This document shows, in pieces, positions 1-7,497 of a stretch of DNA of 33,645 nucleotides. The notes beneath the pieces are model-generated. The model searched no databases and had not been told where the DNA came from. It saw nothing but the letters and a program-made list of their open reading frames with translations. The DNA is from a virus. Lineage: Duplodnaviria; Caudoviricetes. Both the position numbers and the translations under genes were made by a program. Position 1 is the first letter of the stretch. Every line of letters begins with the position of its first letter. The stretch is from positions 1-33,645 of the IMG/VR virus record IMGVR_UViG_3300021086_000014. One strand, 5' to 3'.

Positions 1-347
1 CCCTCCCGCTCTAGCAGCTCGGGCAGGAACCCGCGGGCGTCGTACAGGTCCGCGACTAGCGTCACCGCCACCCGCATCCGCCCACGCAGCAGGTGCTGCT
101 CGCGGTGGCCGGTGTACACGTCGGACAGGTACTCGCGCACGCTGGCGCACTCCTCCGGCAGCACCACGTGCAGCCACCACCAGATCGAGGTGCGCAGCAG
201 CGCGTCGGGCAGGCCCGCGAGGTGCCGCCGGTCCAGCAGGGCGGTGAACTGGGCGAGCTCCAGTGCCATGGCCTTGTCCAGCAGGTCCTCGACGCGGGTG
301 AAGTCCGCGTACGCGCCCTGCGGGACGTCCTGGTCGAAGGCGGTCAC
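1..347 (-). CDS. Hypothetical early-region protein, 3' end truncated by the window edge (MTAFDQDVPQGAYADFTRVEDLL...)
   Basis: GTG at 347 overlaps the TGA of the upstream ORF (GTGA). The frame is open with high GC3 to the window edge. Not in the ORF track because it has no stop. Confidence 0.75.
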   Translation of the reverse strand, partial: MTAFDQDVPQGAYADFTRVEDLLDKAMALELAQFTALLDRRHLAGLPDALLRTSIWWWLHVVLPEECASVREYLSDVYTGHREQHLLRGRMRVAVTLVADLYDARGFLPELLERE

Positions 348-1132
348 CGGGGCTCACCGCACTCGGCCCCGACAGCGAGCACGGCCGCCTCCGCGTACCG
401 CACCGCATCCATCGCGGAGAGCACCCGCGGGGTCAGCGCCGGGAACGTGTCCGTCGGCGCCCCCACATCCCGCGCGCCCAGCGCGTCGCGCTGCGCGAGC
501 AGCAGCCGCGCCGAGGACACCGCCGCCTGCGTCTGCACGCCCAGGCTCGCGTACGCCTCCCGCACAGGGCCCACGACCTGCTGCCAGTAGTTGTTGACCC
601 GGTTGCGGTTGTACCGCTTGAGGCCTCCGTGCCCGTCGTTCACCCACCCGTCGATCTTCTGGTCGATGTCGGTGCACTGCGCATCCATGCCCTCGTAGGG
701 GCTCAGGTCGTCCTCGGTCCCGGCCATCGCGGCGACCGCGTCCCACGCCGCGGCCTCGGCGGCGTGCTGCTCGTCGAACGCGGCGATGATCACGTCGTAG
801 CGGACCCGCAACTCCTCGAGGAGCCGGTCGCCGGACTCGCGCATGGCCGCATAGTGGCGGTCGCGCTCGGCCAGGCCCGGGTGCACCCGGGGGATCACTT
901 GCGTCGCAGCGGTGTCTGCGGCCCGAAGCGCGGGCAGCACCTCGGTCGCGTGCACGCCGTTCAGGCCGCGTGCGGGCGGCACGATCGACGCGGGGATCAT
1001 CGCGCCTACCGGGCGGGCGACCAGCCTGGGCAGGTACGCGGTCGGGGGCGGATCGTGGGGGACCGGGTTGAGTGCGGGTCCGGTGCGCCGTCGCACGATC
1101 CCGGGGCGGCGGTGCCTGCTGTCGGCCGTCAC
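344..1132 (-). CDS. Hypothetical early protein (262 aa) with a Pro/Thr-rich N-terminus
   Basis: ORF with typical GC3 bias, coupled by GTGA overlaps at both ends. No recognisable family. Confidence 0.75.
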   Translation of the reverse strand: MTADSRHRRPGIVRRRTGPALNPVPHDPPPTAYLPRLVARPVGAMIPASIVPPARGLNGVHATEVLPALRAADTAATQVIPRVHPGLAERDRHYAAMRESGDRLLEELRVRYDVIIAAFDEQHAAEAAAWDAVAAMAGTEDDLSPYEGMDAQCTDIDQKIDGWVNDGHGGLKRYNRNRVNNYWQQVVGPVREAYASLGVQTQAAVSSARLLLAQRDALGARDVGAPTDTFPALTPRVLSAMDAVRYAEAAVLAVGAECGEPR

Positions 1133-1188
1133 GCGCCGCGGCCTTTGTGCGTAGGCTGATTTCCGTTTACGATGAGCACTGGTGCCAC
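1129..1188 (-). CDS. Putative 19-aa mini-ORF (MAPVLIVNGNQPTHKGRGA)
   Basis: GAGGGG SD-like sequence shortly before GTG at 1188. Its TGA overlaps the GTG of the 344..1132 ORF. Confidence 0.35.
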   Translation of the reverse strand: MAPVLIVNGNQPTHKGRGA

Positions 1189-1267
1189 GTTCCCCTCACT
1201 GGTAGGACTGGTGGTGCTGTTCGCCGCTTCGGCCCGGGGGCATCCGGGCTGGGCGGTTTTTCTGCTG

Positions 1268-1483
1268 CTAGGCGGCGCGGGCCGCGCCCGGGCCGCGCCG
1301 GCTTGCGGCCTCCTCGGCCAGCAGGCGCTGCACCGTGGGGGCGAGGATCCGGCGCACGCGCTCCACGAGTTCCGGCGAGGGATCCGGTGCCTGCGCGACC
1401 TGGCGGTCGATGTCCGCCATCGCCGCGGGCCCGAGCAGCGCCATGAAGTACTCCTCGGAGAAGTCGCACTCCGGGGCGCTCAT
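1268..1483 (-). CDS. Small helical protein downstream of Cro (71 aa, MSAPECDF...APDPSPELVERVRRILAP...)
   Basis: ATG at 1483 overlaps the Cro stop (ATGA). Good codon bias. Confidence 0.7.
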   Translation of the reverse strand: MSAPECDFSEEYFMALLGPAAMADIDRQVAQAPDPSPELVERVRRILAPTVQRLLAEEAASRRGPGAARAA

Positions 1484-1803
1484 GCGGCGGACTCGACGAG
1501 ATCCGCCGCGCAGGAAGTGTGGTCGACCCACCGGAAGAGGTGGTTGAACGCGGCGCGGCGCTCAAACTCGGTGCGTGCGCCGCTGGCCTTGACCAGACCG
1601 GCCATGACCTCCTGCGAAAGGGGCAACTCGCCGCGCCTGACCTTCCCGAGCGTGGAGGGCTCGCAGGCGATGGCGTAGGCGATCTGGGAGACGTTCGGGC
1701 GCCGTTCGCGGCCCCACTGGAAGACCGGGTTGCGCGAGGCGAGCCACGCGAGCCCCCCCGCCTTGAGCTCCCAGCGGGGTCCGGGCCTGTGCGGGCTGGG
1801 CAT
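1480..1803 (-). CDS. Cro-like HTH DNA-binding protein (107 aa)
   Basis: ATG at 1803 with GGAGG SD. HTH-like segment NVSQIAYAIACEPSTLGKVRRGELPLS. Divergent from the repressor. The ORF-track start at 2619 is spurious. Confidence 0.8.
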   Translation of the reverse strand: MPSPHRPGPRWELKAGGLAWLASRNPVFQWGRERRPNVSQIAYAIACEPSTLGKVRRGELPLSQEVMAGLVKASGARTEFERRAAFNHLFRWVDHTSCAADLVESAA

Positions 1804-1823
1804 GGACCCTCCTGCGATGTCGA

Positions 1824-1863
1824 GACAGACACTCTGTCCGTCACGACAGACAGTATGTCTGTC
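1824..1863. promoter_or_regulatory. Two tandem operators, GACAGAC-N5-GTC(C/T)GTC
   Basis: 1824-1842 GACAGAC actct GTCCGTC; 1845-1863 GACAGAC agtat GTCTGTC (perfect inverted repeat). 21-bp period, overlapping the cro promoter. A further half-site lies at 2040-2046. Confidence 0.8.
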
Positions 1864-1878
1864 ACGAAAGAAAGTCAA
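1850..1878 (-). promoter_or_regulatory. Early lytic promoter driving cro
   Basis: Minus strand TTGACT (1878-1873), 17-nt spacer, TACTGT (1855-1850): housekeeping sigma-70-type consensus. Confidence 0.8.
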
Positions 1879-2073
1879 CCGCCAGGGGCGCGCGACGGGT
1901 AACGAAACGGTCGCGTAGAGGGGCGTGTGTTTGACCAGCACGATTGCGCGCGCTTCTCCGGGTTCTGCGAATTCTAGCCAACCTGCTGCCGACGCGACGG
2001 ACGTCCGCCTACACTGAAACCCGCTAGAGTTTCGTTCCTGACAGACAATTTCTCGACGAAGGACGGCCCCTAG

Positions 2074-2583
2074 ATGGCAGGGACCCAAGACCACCCCACG
2101 TTCGCCGACTGGCTGCGCGGCGGCCTCGCCGCCCGCGGCTGGATCCCCGCCGATCTCGTGCGCGCCGGGGTCGTGAAATCCGAGAGCACCGTCTCCAAGT
2201 GGCTCAACGACAAGAACCCACCAGGACTGCCGGAGACCGTCATCAAGATCGCCGAGCTGACCGGGCAGGACGCCATCCCCGGGCTGTACGCCGCTGGCCA
2301 CGGCGATGTCGCGCGGTTCGCGGAGAAACTGCGCGCCGACCCCTCCGGCGCCCTGATCGAGCACGAGATGGCCGCGGCCAACGACGATCCGCACCTTGCC
2401 AAGATCGACGCCGCGGCGGCGCGCGGAGTCATCTCGCAGGCCGAACGCGACCGCATGAGAGCGGACTTCCTGCGCCGCACTGCGGAGAGCATCCGCCTGA
2501 TCGAGAGCGACTACAACGACGCCGTGGCCCGGCGCGAGCGCAGCGCGCCGGAGCCCGGCGGCAACGGCCGCGCGGCCCTGTGA
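2074..2583 (+). CDS. Immunity repressor, Xre-family HTH (169 aa)
   Basis: FADWLRGGLAARGWIPADLVRAGVVKSESTVSKWLN...P...TVIKIAELTG is an Xre-type HTH. Divergent from Cro and near the integrase. No S24 peptidase domain visible. Confidence 0.85.
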   Translation: MAGTQDHPTFADWLRGGLAARGWIPADLVRAGVVKSESTVSKWLNDKNPPGLPETVIKIAELTGQDAIPGLYAAGHGDVARFAEKLRADPSGALIEHEMAAANDDPHLAKIDAAAARGVISQAERDRMRADFLRRTAESIRLIESDYNDAVARRERSAPEPGGNGRAAL

Positions 2584-2644
2584 CACCGCCTCACACGATC
2601 GTGTGACGCATCTCCCCATTGCGCCACCTGAGGCCTACTGTGAC
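2579..2644. repeat. TGTGA/TCACA array including a perfect 16-bp palindrome TCACACGATCGTGTGA (2591-2606)
   Basis: TGTGAC occurs three times between 2579 and 2644, and TCACA at 2591, between the repressor and the membrane-protein gene. Confidence 0.45.
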
Positions 2645-2754
2645 GGTTTGGCGGCCAGCCGCCCGACCGCGACCGACACCCCAGACCCCGGTGCCAGCGC
2701 CATGCGATACCAGGCCGACCCGGCGGCCACAGCGGGAGCAAAGGGGAGAGCACC

Positions 2755-3231
2755 ATGTACGACCACGACGCGCCCACCGAGCCGCTGCCCGCCGTGGGGT
2801 CCGAGCGGCGCCTAACCGCAGCCGGGCGCCGCCTCGCGGCGCTGGCCTGCGCGTCGTGGTTGGCAGGGGGAGCGCTCACCGCCACGCAGATCACCGCGCT
2901 TGCGCACGCACCCCGCCCCGTGCGCTGCGCCGTGTGGAGCGTCGCCGTCGCGAGTCTCGCCCTCGGCCTGCTCGCCCTGGCCTGCTGCGCGGCCACCGCC
3001 GTGCTCGTCGCCGTGCGCCGCGCCGCGCGCGACGCCGAGGCTGAGCGCCAGACGCTCCGCGCGGCCGGGGACACCGCGCTCGCGGGCGAGCGTGAGCGAC
3101 ACCTCGCGCTCGCCCTGCGCGCAGCCGCACTGCCCGCACGGGCACGCAGACCAGCCCAGGGCGAGCGCCACATGCACCTGATCAAAGACACCCAGACCCG
3201 CGACCGCGCCGGGCGCGGCGCGGCGGGCTGA
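2755..3231 (+). CDS. Two-TM membrane protein co-oriented with the repressor
   Basis: AAGGGGAG SD before ATG. Two hydrophobic stretches (LAALACASWLAGGALTA; AVWSVAVASLALGLLALACCAATAVLVAV). Confidence 0.7.
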   Translation: MYDHDAPTEPLPAVGSERRLTAAGRRLAALACASWLAGGALTATQITALAHAPRPVRCAVWSVAVASLALGLLALACCAATAVLVAVRRAARDAEAERQTLRAAGDTALAGERERHLALALRAAALPARARRPAQGERHMHLIKDTQTRDRAGRGAAG

Positions 3232-3234
3232 CCC

Positions 3235-4722
3235 TCAGTGCAGCCACCCGAGCGTCACCCGGCCGGGCGGCAGCCCGCGCGCACCCCGCCCCGCCCGGTG
3301 CACCGTCACGCGCACCACCGCGCGCAGCAGCGCGCGACGCTCCATCAGATCCATCCCCGCCCACGCCTTGCGCGCGCCGGGTCCCGCCGCGCGGCGCAGC
3401 ACCGGCGGCAGCGTCGCCTCCATTGCGCGCTGCCGCGCTGCCTCCACCTGCGGCAACAACTCACCCTCCAAAGCCGCCAGCGACACCGCCGACAGCGCCA
3501 TCCGCCCCGCCGACGTCATCGTGGACGCCAACGTGCGCGCCTCAGCCAACTGCGCCTCGAGCGCATCGGCCTGCGCCAGGGACCGGCGCAGCGCCACGTC
3601 CGCCACGTCCGCCCGCATCGACGACGCGAACGACGGCCGCTCGATCCGCGTGAGCATCGCACGCGTCACATAGCCCTCAAGCAGCTCTGCGCGGATCGTC
3701 GCCCGATAGCAGGTGCGGCAGGTGTACGCGAACGTCCCCTTGATCCGGATCGGACGCATCACCCGGACGTCCTGGGCCAGGGCGTACAGGCACGGGCCGC
3801 ACACGGGCACCCCCGACAGCAGGTGCCGTATCGCCGAATCCTTGTGCGTCAGGCGCGCCGGGTCCGACACCAGCTTCAGGCACGCATAGTAGGTGGGGTC
3901 GTCCAGGATCGGCTCCCACGCCGCGTCCCCGATCACCTCGCCCGCGTGCTGCCGTTTGCCGATGTTCGTCGGCCGGGTCACCAGGTTGCGCACCGTGGTC
4001 AGCGACCAGTTCCCGCCCCGCGGCGAGGGAACACCCCGCCCGTTGAGGTCCTGCACGATCGAGAACAGGCTCTGCCCTGCGGCCACGCGCTGCGCCAACT
4101 CGCGTACGACCACGGCCCTGTCCTCGTCGACCACTTGGCGCTGCAGAGCCCCGGTCAGTGGGTCGTATTCGCGCCGGTAGCCGTAGGGGATGCGCCCGTG
4201 CGGACCGCCGCGCTCGGCGTTCAGGCGCACCGTGCGCAGGTTGCGGTCCCGGATGGCGTCGGCCTCCAGTTCCGCCGTCAGCGCGCCCAGTCCCGTGACG
4301 AACCGGTCCTGTCCGCGCGAGAGGTCGTACACGGTGCCGTTGAGGCACAGCAGCACCCCGCGTTGTTCGCACAGGTCGCGCAGGTCCAGGTAGGCGCGGG
4401 TGCTGCGGTAGGCGCGCGATGCCTCCCAGACCACTAGCACGTCGCATTCCTTGTCGTGGTCCGCAACATCGATACGGCTGATCATCTGCTCGTAGTCGGG
4501 GCGCCCGGTCTTGGCCCACCGGGACGCCGAGTACCCGGGGTCGTCGAACTCGTCGGCCACGCGCCAGCCGCGCGACTCGCAGAAGCGCCGGTTCTCTAAG
4601 CGCTGGTCTTCGACGGACCGGCCGCCGCGGGGGTTCAGGCGCGAGTTGCGGTCGTAGATGAACGCGCGTAGTTCCTGGCCGCCGTCGTGGCGCATGACGG
4701 CGGTGTGCGGTCTGGGGGCCAT
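3235..4722 (-). CDS. int: Large serine recombinase (serine integrase)
   Basis: Catalytic motif AFIYDRNS (YxRxS), DVLVVWEASRAYR, recombinase domain (GRIPYGY...WEPILD), zinc ribbon LLSGVPVCGPC...YTCRTC and coiled coil. Confidence 0.95.
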   Translation of the reverse strand: MAPRPHTAVMRHDGGQELRAFIYDRNSRLNPRGGRSVEDQRLENRRFCESRGWRVADEFDDPGYSASRWAKTGRPDYEQMISRIDVADHDKECDVLVVWEASRAYRSTRAYLDLRDLCEQRGVLLCLNGTVYDLSRGQDRFVTGLGALTAELEADAIRDRNLRTVRLNAERGGPHGRIPYGYRREYDPLTGALQRQVVDEDRAVVVRELAQRVAAGQSLFSIVQDLNGRGVPSPRGGNWSLTTVRNLVTRPTNIGKRQHAGEVIGDAAWEPILDDPTYYACLKLVSDPARLTHKDSAIRHLLSGVPVCGPCLYALAQDVRVMRPIRIKGTFAYTCRTCYRATIRAELLEGYVTRAMLTRIERPSFASSMRADVADVALRRSLAQADALEAQLAEARTLASTMTSAGRMALSAVSLAALEGELLPQVEAARQRAMEATLPPVLRRAAGPGARKAWAGMDLMERRALLRAVVRVTVHRAGRGARGLPPGRVTLGWLH

Positions 4723-4860
4723 GCAGTGACAGTACTTCAGAATTATCCGTCTGTCATACCTTGTCGGTCGAGATGGTGAGCATAGAGGGTATCTTTCTCT
4801 AGGGTGGGGCGACCGATAGTCGAACGGTAGCGAAGGGTGCAGGCCGGGGGCCGGGGAATG
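4723..4860. other. Candidate attP / integrase upstream region
   Basis: AT-richer non-coding gap directly upstream of int. Contains the inverted repeat TGACAG(4727-4732)-N18-CTGTCA(4751-4756). Assignment is positional inference. Confidence 0.4.
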
Positions 4861-4862
4861 CG

Positions 4863-4904
4863 AAAAGGCGCCCCGCGCCCGCCGGTGTGGCGGGCGCGGG
4901 GCGC
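4863..4904 (-). terminator. Intrinsic terminator ending the late operon
   Basis: 16-bp stem GCGCCCCGCGCCCGCC / GGCGGGCGCGGGGCGC (4868-4883 / 4889-4904) followed by CUUUU on the minus strand, just after the collagen-like gene. Confidence 0.85.
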
Positions 4905-4917
4905 GGTGTGTAGCGGG

Positions 4918-5850
4918 TCAGTCGGGTGCGTGCCGCCGGTCCAGAACTGCGGGGTCCAGGCCGAGCGGCAAGGTCCCGCCCGGCGACGGCGTGGGACTCG
5001 GCGCTGTGGGCGGTGTGCTGCGGGGCGGTGAAGGCTCCGGGGGTGGCGCGCCCTGGCGTACGGCCGCGCCGGGCGCCGTCCCGGCCGTGGCGGTGGACGC
5101 GGGGCTGCTCGCGGAGGGGCTCGGGGTCTGCTCGCACACCAGCGCCGCCCGGCCGGACAGCATCGTCTCCTGCGTGGGCGCGTACCCGGACGGGCACGCC
5201 GGACCGGGCGCCCCGTCCCTGCCCGGGGCGCCGTCCTGCCCCGGCGGACCCGGCGCCCCCGCGGGGCCGGCTGCACCGGCCGGGCCGGTCTGCCCGACGC
5301 CGGGACTGCCCTGCGCGCCCGGTGAACCGGCCGCGCCCGCCGGCCCGCTGGGCGCGGGGTGTGCGGCCATGTAGGCCGCGACCGCCGAGGCGACCTGGGC
5401 GTCGGTGGCGTCCTTGCCCGGCGCGGGCGGGTGCAGCGCCAGATACGATGTCACATCGGCCTCGACCTGCGCGGCGGGGACCGTCCCGGACGGGGGGTGC
5501 AGCCCCAAGTACGTGTCGACCGCGACCTGTACCTGCGCGTCGCTCGGACCGGGCCCCGCGGCGCCCTGCGGACCCGGGGGCCCGGCCTGCGCGATGATCT
5601 GCCCCGGGGGCGCCGCGGACGGGGAGATGCCGTGCGCCTTGAGCTGCTGCTCCGTCGTGCGCAGGCCGTCGACCAGCGCCGCGATCTGCGAGTTCTGCGT
5701 GTCCGCCCGGCCGCGCAGCCCCTCGAGTTGGGTGCTCGCCGCACCCAGCCGGGTGACCATCCACACCAGCACCAGCATCCCGGCCAGCGCGAGCAGCCAC
5801 GCCGCGGCCCGCGGGCCGCGCGTCCTCGCCGCCTCGCCGACCTTGCGCAT
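4918..5850 (-). CDS. Membrane-anchored collagen-like protein (lysis region)
   Basis: N-terminal TM helix, coiled coil, three AQVxxxVxxYLxxHP-type repeats, G-X-Y runs (GPAGAAGSPGAQGSPG..., GQDGAPGRDGAPG), CPSGY motif. Confidence 0.85.
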   Translation of the reverse strand: MRKVGEAARTRGPRAAAWLLALAGMLVLVWMVTRLGAASTQLEGLRGRADTQNSQIAALVDGLRTTEQQLKAHGISPSAAPPGQIIAQAGPPGPQGAAGPGPSDAQVQVAVDTYLGLHPPSGTVPAAQVEADVTSYLALHPPAPGKDATDAQVASAVAAYMAAHPAPSGPAGAAGSPGAQGSPGVGQTGPAGAAGPAGAPGPPGQDGAPGRDGAPGPACPSGYAPTQETMLSGRAALVCEQTPSPSASSPASTATAGTAPGAAVRQGAPPPEPSPPRSTPPTAPSPTPSPGGTLPLGLDPAVLDRRHAPD

Positions 5851-5852
5851 CG

Positions 5853-6272
5853 CTAGTGGATTCCCTTCGACGCGGCCGGCGCGGCGACGACCACGCCGGC
5901 CAGCGCCGCCGACGCGGTGAGCAGCCCGAGCGCCTTTTGCCAGGTGAACTGGGCGCGCGTCTCGCGCTGCGCGTTCAGCGCCTCGAGTTGCGCCTTGTGC
6001 TCGGCGCGCGCCTGCCCGATCTCCCGGCCCAGGTCCTCGCGCAGCGCCTTGACGTCCCCTTCGTGCGCCCGCCGCACGTCGCCGAGTTCGCGTTCGATGC
6101 GTTCGCGGTCCACCACGGCCTGGCGCACGTGCTCGGCCAGGGCGCCTTCCAGGGCCTGGTGCTGGGCGGCGAAGAGCTTCGCGGGCACCGTGTCGGTGGC
6201 CAACTGCTGCTGGGCGCGCTCGATGCGCTCGATGCTGCGGCGGATCTCGCCGGACGTGAGGTCGTCGGCCAC
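5853..6272 (-). CDS. Coiled-coil protein with a C-terminal TM helix (lysis accessory or holin-like; 139 aa, MADDLTSGEIRR...)
   Basis: GAAGGG SD before GTG at 6272. Long coiled coil followed by hydrophobic ALGLLTASAALAGVVVAA. The ORF-track start at 6971 is an out-of-frame overlap with the endolysin. Confidence 0.7.
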   Translation of the reverse strand: MADDLTSGEIRRSIERIERAQQQLATDTVPAKLFAAQHQALEGALAEHVRQAVVDRERIERELGDVRRAHEGDVKALREDLGREIGQARAEHKAQLEALNAQRETRAQFTWQKALGLLTASAALAGVVVAAPAASKGIH

Positions 6273-6340
6273 GGGGCGGCCCTTCTCGCTCAGCCGGGGT
6301 CCGGGGCCGGCCGATGGATGGCCGGCGGTGCTCGGGGTGC

Positions 6341-7285
6341 TCAGCTCTTCGCGGCTGCGGCGGTCAGGGCGGCGCCGATGTGCGACTCCAGGGTCTGGAC
6401 CAGCAGGTCGTCGCTGATCTGCGCGCCCGCGGTGGCCGCCGTGGTCAATGCGGGCCCGAGGGTCGCCGCGAGCGCTGCGGCCAGGGCGGGCACGTCCACT
6501 GCGCTCGGCGCGCCGAGCGCGGCCACCTTCGCCTGCAGGTCCGCGACGGACGCGACCAGGGCCGGGACCGCCTGCGCCGCCCTCACGACCACGTCCAGGG
6601 GCGAGCCGGGCGGCACGACCACCGCCTTGTCGCCGAACAGGTAGTCGCGCAGCCGGCCCAGGTCCGTCAGCGCCCAGTCGGCGCGGTTGCCCCCGGGGGT
6701 GCCGGGGCGCCCGCCCGGACCGTTGACCACATCGGACCAGTTGATGCTCATACCCGCTCCTCGCGTGTCCCACAGGGGTGCGTTGACGTTGACGATCGAG
6801 AGGTCCCAGGGGCGCCCCAACTGGGTGTCCCCGGCGTACTGGCGCCCCGCCCACCCGGGGCGCAGGAGCGCGGGGGCCGGGTCCTGGTCCCAGTTGGCGA
6901 CCCAGTAGCCGCCCGACGGGCGCGGGTTGCCCAGGATCGTGGACTGCTGCCCGTACACCGCGACCAGCCACCCGGCCGCGAGCACGGCCTCGTCATAGGC
7001 GGCGAGGTATCCGGGAGCGACGCGGTCCTCGAAGTCCAGGGCCGTGAGAGTGCCGGGCGGCTGTTTGTGTGCGCGGCACCACGCGATGGTGTGCGCCGCG
7101 TCCGCTGCGGGGTCGCCCCCGGTCGAGCGGGTGAAGATCGGCAGTAGGTAGCGGCACGGGATGCCTGCGACCTCGGCGTCCGACCAGGGGTGCGGGGTGT
7201 TGCCGCCGATGTAGAACGCCCACCCGTCCACCATCGCCGGATATGAGGGCGGGGGGTACGCGGAGTCGCCGAACGCGAGCGTCAA
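6341..7285 (-). CDS. Endolysin, GH25-like/DUF1906-type glycoside hydrolase plus C-terminal helical domain
   Basis: TTG at 7285 overlaps the upstream TGA. Motifs FGDSAY, AFYIGG, ALDFE (DxE), VAVYG, YWVANWD, RQYAG...WDLS fit a GH25-like TIM barrel. Lysis-region position. Confidence 0.8.
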   Translation of the reverse strand: MTLAFGDSAYPPPSYPAMVDGWAFYIGGNTPHPWSDAEVAGIPCRYLLPIFTRSTGGDPAADAAHTIAWCRAHKQPPGTLTALDFEDRVAPGYLAAYDEAVLAAGWLVAVYGQQSTILGNPRPSGGYWVANWDQDPAPALLRPGWAGRQYAGDTQLGRPWDLSIVNVNAPLWDTRGAGMSINWSDVVNGPGGRPGTPGGNRADWALTDLGRLRDYLFGDKAVVVPPGSPLDVVVRAAQAVPALVASVADLQAKVAALGAPSAVDVPALAAALAATLGPALTTAATAGAQISDDLLVQTLESHIGAALTAAAAKS

Positions 7286-7497
7286 CGCGGCGCCCCGTCC
7301 GGGCCGGTGCGCGGCGTCTGCCAGTCGAGCCGCTGGTGCAGGGCTGTGAGTTGGGTGAGCACTTCGTCGTGGCGCTCGGCGGCGCGCGCGTCCAGGCGGG
7401 CGAGCACAGTGCGCCACACCGCTGCGGGCGCGGCCACCACAGCCCCGGCCGCGAGGGCCTTGCGGGCGTGCGAGCGCAGGCCGTGGAGGCGGTTCAC
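7282..7497 (-). CDS. Small protein (71 aa) with a short hydrophobic segment; possible holin/antiholin partner
   Basis: Coupled by GTGA and TTGA overlaps on both sides. Confidence 0.65.
   Translation of the reverse strand: MNRLHGLRSHARKALAAGAVVAAPAAVWRTVLARLDARAAERHDEVLTQLTALHQRLDWQTPRTGPDGAPR

Noticed and set aside
2368-2424. AANDD...AAAA stretch in the repressor resembling an ssrA tag or tmRNA fragment used as an att core
   Set aside because: It is internal, short and only resembles the E. coli-type tag. Serine integrases do not need extended tRNA/tmRNA homology. Likely coincidence.
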